From Candidatus Omnitrophota bacterium (lineage in GTDB: Bacteria > Omnitrophota > Gorgyraeia > JACQQV01): DNA of 64,000 nucleotides. The DNA lies in NCBI GenBank assembly GCA_016206785.1, contig JACQQV010000048.1, positions 65,889 through 129,888 of the forward strand, read 5' to 3'. The position numbers and the translations under genes were made by a program. The notes beneath the pieces were generated by a model. The model had not been told where the DNA came from. It did not search any database and worked only from the letters and a program-made list of their open reading frames with translations. Positions within the stretch are counted from its first letter, which is position 1, and each line of letters opens with the position of its first letter. Shown here piece after piece: positions 58,237 to 64,000 of this stretch.

Positions 58237-59856
58237 ATGTTTCCCCATCGCTTTGCGCCGGTTGAGGCGCTCCCAGCAAAACCAGAATCTCCCAGGACGA
58301 AACCTCTTTTGATCACAAAAGACCGACACCTTCTTCAGGGAAAGTTTCTGAAGGATGCGGCTGGGTTTTGTGGCAAGCCTGAGGGAATGGCGGTTCCTTC
58401 AAGTGAGGCGCAAGTCGTTACTCTTCTTGAGAAAGCGAATCACGACAGAATCCCGTTGGTTGTCGTGGGTGGGGGCACGGCATTGACGGGGGCGGGTATA
58501 GCCCATAAAGGGATTGTGGTCAGTACCGACCGTCTCAATCGCTTCCTTCGGATCAAGAAAAGACAAGACGGTTCCGGAGTTGCGGTGATTGAACCGGGGG
58601 TTCCTCTGGGGGAATTCTTGAACAAGGTAAAGGAAAAGAAGCTCTTTTATCTTCCAGGCCCCACAGACAAAAGGGCTTTCTTCGGAGGAATGGTGAATAC
58701 GAATGCGGCCGGCGCGCCCTCCTTTAGATACGGAAGGACCGGAACGTGGGTGCAAAGACTCCGGGTCGTCCTTCCCATCCCCAATCGAAAAGGAGACATC
58801 TCTGTTTTGGATCTTGAGCGGGGAAGACATGTTTCAAACCGAAAGGGGGAGTTTGAGATTCTCCTTTTAGGAGGAGAGCGTCTTGTCATCCCCCCTCGGA
58901 CCTACTCCTTTCCGCCTGTGAAACATGCAGGTGGATATGCCTCTGGCTCCTCTTTGGATCTCATCGATCTTTTTATCGGTTCCGAAGGGACTCTGGGCAT
59001 CGTCACGGAAATTGAACTCTCCCTTTTGGATCGGAAGGGGAAAGAGGATCTTCTCAGTGGGTTCGCCTTCTTTCCGACAGTGGATCATGCACTCGCGTTC
59101 ATTCGGCACATTCGGCATTCCCCTTTTCATGCCCTTAGAACCCTTGAATTCTTCGATCGCAATGCCCTTCGTTTTTTAAAAAACTTCTATCCCGAAATTC
59201 CCGGAAGGGGGGAAGCGGCCCTTTTCTTCGAAGAGGAGATCCCTTCCGAAAGGGAGAGAGAAAGAAGGGAAGGATGGGTCCAGCTTCTGAGAAGGTACAG
59301 CGTTTTTCCTGAGAGCGGAGGGGCTTCCTGGTTTGCAGGTTGCGCAGACAAAGAGACTCACGAAAGATTTCAGGAATACCGCCATGCGCTTCCGGTCCAG
59401 GTGAATGCCCTGATGGGGCGTCGAGGCTACAGAAAAATTGGGACCGATTTTGTCATTCCTGAAAAACTCTTCGAATCTTTTACCCGCGGGTTGCTCCAGA
59501 CTCTGGATCACTCCAAAATCCCATTTCTTCTTTGGGTACATGCAGGGGACTGCAATTATCATATCAACTTCCTTCCTGGAAAAAAGTCCCAGGTGCGTCA
59601 GGCTCTTCTTCTCAAGGGGAGAATCGCAAGAAATGTTCTTCTCAAAAAGGGAAGTCTTTCCGGCGAGCATGGTTTCGGTGAGGTGAGACTTGATTGGGAT
59701 GGCAGAAAAAGATTTCTGGCAGAACTTCATTTTGGCCGCAGGGCGCTTCTTCAGATGGCTGAAACCAAACTGGCCCTCGACCCCCATCTGATTCTCAATC
59801 CCGGCAAGGTGATTCCGATGAAATGGCTTCAAGAGGCCAAGAGAGGGAAGAGATGA
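58237..59856 (+). CDS. FAD-linked oxidase (GlcD/D-lactate dehydrogenase-like, PCMH-type FAD-binding domain)
   Basis: FAD-binding N-terminal motifs (IPLVVVGGGTALTGAG) and C-terminal oxidase domain; start uncertain. Confidence 0.7.
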   Translation: MFPHRFAPVEALPAKPESPRTKPLLITKDRHLLQGKFLKDAAGFCGKPEGMAVPSSEAQVVTLLEKANHDRIPLVVVGGGTALTGAGIAHKGIVVSTDRLNRFLRIKKRQDGSGVAVIEPGVPLGEFLNKVKEKKLFYLPGPTDKRAFFGGMVNTNAAGAPSFRYGRTGTWVQRLRVVLPIPNRKGDISVLDLERGRHVSNRKGEFEILLLGGERLVIPPRTYSFPPVKHAGGYASGSSLDLIDLFIGSEGTLGIVTEIELSLLDRKGKEDLLSGFAFFPTVDHALAFIRHIRHSPFHALRTLEFFDRNALRFLKNFYPEIPGRGEAALFFEEEIPSERERERREGWVQLLRRYSVFPESGGASWFAGCADKETHERFQEYRHALPVQVNALMGRRGYRKIGTDFVIPEKLFESFTRGLLQTLDHSKIPFLLWVHAGDCNYHINFLPGKKSQVRQALLLKGRIARNVLLKKGSLSGEHGFGEVRLDWDGRKRFLAELHFGRRALLQMAETKLALDPHLILNPGKVIPMKWLQEAKRGKR

Positions 59857-60866
59857 GTCACACGCTGAATGAAATAGAATTGATGGAATATGAGGCCGTG
59901 CGCAAGGGCGTTGGATGGTTTGAATACACTTCGGAGACAGCCTTTGAAATGTCAGGAAAAGATGCCGTCTCTTTCCTCCAGGGAATGGTGTCAAACGATG
60001 TGAAATCGCTTCGGGAAGGGGAGGGGTGTTATGCCGTCTGTCTGACCCCTGTGGGAAAAATGATTGCGGACCTTAGGATCTACTCTCTTTCAGACCGCCT
60101 CGTTATCCTTCTTTCCAAAGCAAAAAAGGAGGAAATGTTAGTTCATTTTGACAAATTCATTTTTTTGGAAGAGGTCGCCTTTAACGATCTCGAGAAGAAG
60201 ATGTCCCTCCTCTCTCTCCAAGGTCCTCTTTCTGCAAAGTTGATGGAGGCACTGTCCGGTGAAAGTCTTTCTTGGACACTTCACCATCACGAATCCCTTG
60301 AGGTACAAGGAATCATCGTGAGGGCCTTTGCAACCTCCCATACCGGCGAGAAAGGGTATGATCTTCTTCTTCCTCACCAAGACATTTTCCGCTTTTCTCG
60401 CCTCCTTGAAGAGAAAGGAGGCCCTTATGGCCTTCGAGAAATTAGTGCCGAAACCCAAGAAGTGTTGCGCGTTGAGGGAGGCATTCCGCGTTTCGGGAAA
60501 GACATGGACGAGTCGACTATTCCGCTCGAGGCGGGTCTCGAAGAGGCGATCAGTTATACCAAAGGATGTTATACGGGACAAGAAGTCATCGCCCGCATTA
60601 AACATATCGGTCATGTCAACCGGATGTTGGTGGGACTCAAATGCTCAGGGGCTGTATCACGGGGAGACAAGGTTGTTCAAGAGGATAAAGAAGTGGGCGA
60701 GGTGACCAGTTCTTGTTATTCTCCCGCAGCAGGCTCTTATGTGGCCCTCGCCATGGTCCGCCGTGAGGTGGCAAAGCATGAAATCCCCTTGATGGTTCGT
60801 ACACGACAGGGAACGATGCAAACGGTTGTGACACCCCTTCCTTTTTATGGCCGCCCTGACCCCTAG
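59853..60866 (+). CDS. YgfZ/GcvT-like folate-binding protein
   Basis: GCV_T-fold region; C-terminal GCYTGQEVIARIKHIGHVNR YgfZ-like motif. Confidence 0.7.
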   Translation: MSHTLNEIELMEYEAVRKGVGWFEYTSETAFEMSGKDAVSFLQGMVSNDVKSLREGEGCYAVCLTPVGKMIADLRIYSLSDRLVILLSKAKKEEMLVHFDKFIFLEEVAFNDLEKKMSLLSLQGPLSAKLMEALSGESLSWTLHHHESLEVQGIIVRAFATSHTGEKGYDLLLPHQDIFRFSRLLEEKGGPYGLREISAETQEVLRVEGGIPRFGKDMDESTIPLEAGLEEAISYTKGCYTGQEVIARIKHIGHVNRMLVGLKCSGAVSRGDKVVQEDKEVGEVTSSCYSPAAGSYVALAMVRREVAKHEIPLMVRTRQGTMQTVVTPLPFYGRPDP

Positions 60867-61473
60867 CCCTTTCTCGCTCATCTTGCTCGACCTGGGAAAC
60901 GTCATCCTTCCTTTTGATCTTCGCATTGCGATGAGAAAGTTCGAAAAGGAATGCGGCATTCCTTCAGAAGAGATTTTCCACAAGCTGATGGGTAGAGAAC
61001 TGGATCGGTCCTTCGAGAACGGAAAAATAACTCCTCAGATGTTCTACGAAAATGTCAAGAAGGAATTGAGGATGGAAATCTCTTACGATCGCTTCGTGAC
61101 GATTTGGAGTGACATCTTCTCGGAAAACGAAAAAGTGAGCGCCCTTGTCCGAATCTTAAAGAGGCGATTCCCCTTGGTCATCGTTTCAAACACCAATCCG
61201 CTTCACTTCGAATTCGTTTTCCGAAACTTCCCCATCGTGAGGGAGATAGGCCAGTTCGTTCTTTCCTACGAGGTGGGGTGTCGAAAACCGGATCCAAAAA
61301 TCTATCAGGCTGCCCTCGATCGCTTCGGTGCGGCACTTCACAAGACGCTTTATATCGATGATCTTGAAAAATTTGTCGAGGCTGGCCGGCAGCTTGGCTT
61401 CTATGGAATCCATTTCACGGGGTCAGATCAACTCGAGAGGGAATTAACCGATCTAGGTCTTCTAATGTCTTGA
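60847..61473 (+). CDS. HAD-superfamily hydrolase (subfamily IA-like)
   Basis: Motif I LILLDLGNV, motif III/IV YIDDLEKFVEAG; start may be the TTG at about 60883. Confidence 0.7.
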   Translation: MAALTPSPFSLILLDLGNVILPFDLRIAMRKFEKECGIPSEEIFHKLMGRELDRSFENGKITPQMFYENVKKELRMEISYDRFVTIWSDIFSENEKVSALVRILKRRFPLVIVSNTNPLHFEFVFRNFPIVREIGQFVLSYEVGCRKPDPKIYQAALDRFGAALHKTLYIDDLEKFVEAGRQLGFYGIHFTGSDQLERELTDLGLLMS

Positions 61474-62691
61474 CCTCTCTCGAATTTCTCTTTGGAGCAG
61501 CGTGTGTAAGAGAGGGGTGGGGGGAAGACCCTCAATCGGTTTTCCATTGAAGAAAAAGGTCGGCGTGCTCTTAACACCGAGGCGATGGGCCTCCTCAATA
61601 TCTAAAAGAAGTATTTTGTCGGTCTCCGAATCTTCCAAGCACCTTGAAAAATCACTTTGAGTGATTCCCACCTTCTCAGCAAAGGAGGAGAGTTCCTCCG
61701 GCTTTGCCACCTTGGGCGATTCAAACAGGAGGTCATGGTATTCCCAGAATTTTCCATAACGCTGCGCGCAAAGGGCCGCTTTTGCGAGTTGGCATGCCTT
61801 TGCTGCAGAAGGGGAAGGGGAATAGGGATTGCAGGTTTTGTCATGGGGATAATGTTTGTAGATAATCTGGAGCTCGTTCCGGTATTCCGGAAGGAGACGC
61901 TTGAAAACAAAGTAGGCTACCCGACAGTGGCTACAGGTGAAGTCGCTAAAGTCAACGAGAGTGAGTTTTGGAGTGGCACTTCCTTTTGAGGGGGCTCCTT
62001 GGGTTCTGACCTCAAAACGGCCGAGCGTCGCATAATGCTCTAAGAATTTTCGAAGCCTTTCCTTGTCAAACACTTGGTATTTCGCACTGTGGAAAAAAGA
62101 GACCCCGAGCCCCGAAAAAGCGCCGACGGCAAGAAGGAGAAGAACAAGGCGCATGATCATTGTTTTATAATAATCTTCCGAATTTTTCTGAAGATCCTTT
62201 TTCTCCAATACCTTTCCAAATGCTGCCTGAACAGTCTGCACGATCGCCTGTGGGGGAACGCCGAGGCCTTTCCAGCTTAATCCCGCAAGGAGGAAGTTAA
62301 TCCCGTAAGTGAGTCCGCACAGGTTGCAAAAAGAAGAAAGTCTAAAGAAAGAAATTCCGGCAAGGACCAAGGAGGCGAAAAGGCAACCCAGCGAAAGGAG
62401 GCAGAGAAGAGAAAAGAGGAATAGATCTAATGAAACTCCACCAAGGAAAAGACCCACAAAAGCAAGAAGGAAGAGGAGGGCATATGCCACCGCGCCGTAG
62501 GAGGCGATGGGAATGCCAAAGAACTCTGAATAGCTGCTGGTATTGACGGCATCACATCCTTTTTGACAGAGCTTGAAAGAAAGGGATCTACCCAAAGAAA
62601 GGGAATAGTGGAGATGCGAAAGGATAAGAGAAATGGCAAGACCTATGGCAGAGAGAAGAATAAGCCCGATATAGATACGTTTTTTCGACAA
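61462..62691 (-). CDS. VKOR (vitamin K epoxide reductase)-thioredoxin/DsbA-like fusion protein
   Basis: N-terminal 4-5 TM VKOR domain with CQKGCD CxxC and loop Cys; C-terminal periplasmic thioredoxin fold with CSHC active site. Confidence 0.8.
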   Translation of the reverse strand: MSKKRIYIGLILLSAIGLAISLILSHLHYSLSLGRSLSFKLCQKGCDAVNTSSYSEFFGIPIASYGAVAYALLFLLAFVGLFLGGVSLDLFLFSLLCLLSLGCLFASLVLAGISFFRLSSFCNLCGLTYGINFLLAGLSWKGLGVPPQAIVQTVQAAFGKVLEKKDLQKNSEDYYKTMIMRLVLLLLAVGAFSGLGVSFFHSAKYQVFDKERLRKFLEHYATLGRFEVRTQGAPSKGSATPKLTLVDFSDFTCSHCRVAYFVFKRLLPEYRNELQIIYKHYPHDKTCNPYSPSPSAAKACQLAKAALCAQRYGKFWEYHDLLFESPKVAKPEELSSFAEKVGITQSDFSRCLEDSETDKILLLDIEEAHRLGVKSTPTFFFNGKPIEGLPPTPLLHTLLQREIRERSRH

Positions 62692-62765
62692 TGCGCTTTC
62701 CCTCGAGTCGACCCCTTCATTGTAACACAGGAGACCGCGTTTTGAAATAAAATTTAAGACCCCTT

Positions 62766-63296
62766 TTGGAGTTGAAGAAAAAACGCTTTTATGATATACT
62801 CCTTCCTATGAAAACGAAAACGATCTATCTATTGGGTCTTGTGATGGTTTTATTAGGGGCCCTTTCCACTCTTCAATTTACACTTCGTCTACAAGACCTT
62901 TTCCAGATTTATCTCACCCGATACAGTCACCTGTTCGGAAAGGGACTCGTTGGCCGATGCCTTTATCTGGATATGATGATGTTTCTCTATATCGCTTCGC
63001 TCCTCTTTAAAAATCTCTATTATGTCATTGGGGGCTCACTCCTCCTCATCCCCCTTTTCCGTTCTTTCATCGAGTTCGGGAGGGAACTAGGTCTTTTGGC
63101 TTCCGTCATCGCCCTTGTGACGGAGATCAGTTCTCGTCTTCTCTATGTGGGGACAGCATCACCCGATCTCTCTTCCCGGGCTTCGTTTCTGAACGCGGAA
63201 GGTTTTTTCCTATTCCTCATAGGGTTTTCGATGCCCCTCCTGTTTATCTACTTTCTCACCCGTAAAACCCTCATAGAGAATTTAAAAAGCGAATAA
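62766..63296 (+). CDS. hypothetical integral membrane protein
   Basis: Four or more hydrophobic helices; start may be MKTKTI at 62808. Confidence 0.55.
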   Translation: MELKKKRFYDILLPMKTKTIYLLGLVMVLLGALSTLQFTLRLQDLFQIYLTRYSHLFGKGLVGRCLYLDMMMFLYIASLLFKNLYYVIGGSLLLIPLFRSFIEFGRELGLLASVIALVTEISSRLLYVGTASPDLSSRASFLNAEGFFLFLIGFSMPLLFIYFLTRKTLIENLKSE

Positions 63297-63302
63297 AATA
63301 AA

Positions 63303-63470
63303 GTGAAATTCTTTGAGATTAAACAGATTGGCGGAACCCACAAATGGCTTGCCGTTGAACTTTGGGAGGGTGGAGAGGTTCGGGGCCCCTTTCGTTCTGA
63401 GAAGGAAGCCCTAGACAAAGAGCTTTTGCTGGCCCAAGAAAAAGGCTGGTCAGACCTTCAGAAGGTCTAA
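63303..63470 (+). CDS. small hypothetical protein (55 aa, GTG start), translationally coupled (TAAATG) to msrB
   Basis: ORF below the track size cut-off; stop overlaps the msrB start; no SD visible. Confidence 0.35.
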   Translation: MKFFEIKQIGGTHKWLAVELWEGGEVRGPFRSEKEALDKELLLAQEKGWSDLQKV

Positions 63471-63989
63471 ATGATCTCACCGTTGGCTAGGATTCTGTGC
63501 GTTATTTTGATTCTCTTACTTTGCCCCATGGTTGCAGGAGAAGGGGGGAAAATTCCCATCTTTGACAGTAGCGCAGGAAGGGAGATCTGGGTGGACAAGG
63601 TGCGAAAAAGTGACGAAGCATGGAAGAGACAATTGACTCCCGAAGCCTATAAGGTGACGAGAAGAAAGGGGACCGAACGGGCCTTTACCGGAAGATACCA
63701 TGACAACAAAGAAAAGGGGATCTATCGCTGTATCGGCTGCGGGATCGACCTGTTCAGTTCCGAGACAAAGTTTGATTCCGGGACCGGCTGGCCTAGTTTC
63801 TTAACTCCGGTCGCCAAACAAAATGTTTCTTATAAGTCCGATTTTACTTTTTTCACAAAACGAACAGAGGTCCTGTGCGCCAGATGCGATGCCCATCTCG
63901 GCCATGTCTTTGACGACGGCCCTCACCCCACCGGAAAACGTTTCTGCATCAACTCCGCCGCTCTCCAGTTCATCAAAAATGAAAAGTAG
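63471..63989 (+). CDS. msrB: peptide-methionine (R)-S-oxide reductase MsrB with N-terminal signal peptide (extracytoplasmic)
   Basis: SelR signature CIGCGIDLF...[16 protein letters not shown]; hydrophobic N-terminus [23 protein letters not shown]. Confidence 0.9.
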   Translation: MISPLARILCVILILLLCPMVAGEGGKIPIFDSSAGREIWVDKVRKSDEAWKRQLTPEAYKVTRRKGTERAFTGRYHDNKEKGIYRCIGCGIDLFSSETKFDSGTGWPSFLTPVAKQNVSYKSDFTFFTKRTEVLCARCDAHLGHVFDDGPHPTGKRFCINSAALQFIKNEK

Positions 63990-64000
63990 ATGATCCTCAC

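Noticed and set aside
59176-59994. 272-aa minus-strand ORF
   Set aside because: Antisense to the FAD-linked oxidase gene.

Overview
This is a 64 kb chromosomal window (about 50% GC) from a bacterium, probably an uncultivated anaerobe; no rRNA, tRNA, CRISPR array or mobile element was detected. Nearly all genes sit on the + strand in tightly packed, often overlapping, operon-like runs. In order, the window contains:
- a 5'-truncated HTH-domain gene and an orphan type IV pilin;
- a 992-aa TPR/coiled-coil lipoprotein;
- housekeeping genes: polA-glgA-coaE, rho, rpmE-prfA-prmC, murA, rpsP-trmD-rplS-rnhB;
- a contiguous one-carbon/glycine cluster: fhs-fchA-folD-metF-gcvT-gcvH-gcvPA-gcvPB-lipoate ligase-GATase-panB (about 15.4-25.9 kb);
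- a membrane HExxH peptidase-like gene, a tiny Cys-rich membrane protein and a NUDIX hydrolase;
- an intergenic locus (28.39-28.71 kb) with a consensus sigma70 promoter, about 285 nt of highly structured RNA and an intrinsic terminator, which I read as an unassigned ncRNA or riboswitch-like leader;
- a secreted-protein / ECF sigma / zinc anti-sigma module;
- spoVG (with a 20-bp perfect palindrome upstream), yraN and comM;
- a flavin reductase and cca;
- a complete Bat-type operon (MoxR, DUF58, membrane protein, two VWA, TPR, BatD-like, TPR-SH3), then era;
- a Lys-rich protein with an EF-Tu-domain-2-like barrel that overlaps a minus-strand membrane protein convergently;
- an alpha/beta hydrolase, cysH, a lipoprotein and a zinc-ribbon protein;
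- a DinG-family Fe-S helicase immediately followed by a UvrD-helicase/Cas4-AddB-like Fe-S nuclease fusion (a candidate two-gene end-processing or defence module);
- a secreted CX5R phosphatase, an Nfu-like protein (minus strand), an unknown protein tightly coupled to a DEDDy 3'-5' exonuclease, and cspA with a structured 5' UTR;
- glgC, an FAD-linked oxidase, a YgfZ-like folate-binding protein, a HAD hydrolase, a VKOR-thioredoxin fusion (minus strand), a membrane protein, a 55-aa ORF coupled to a signal-peptide MsrB.
Near-consensus TTGACA-(16/17)-TATAAT promoters recur throughout. All functional calls rest on motif recognition by eye; no searches were run.
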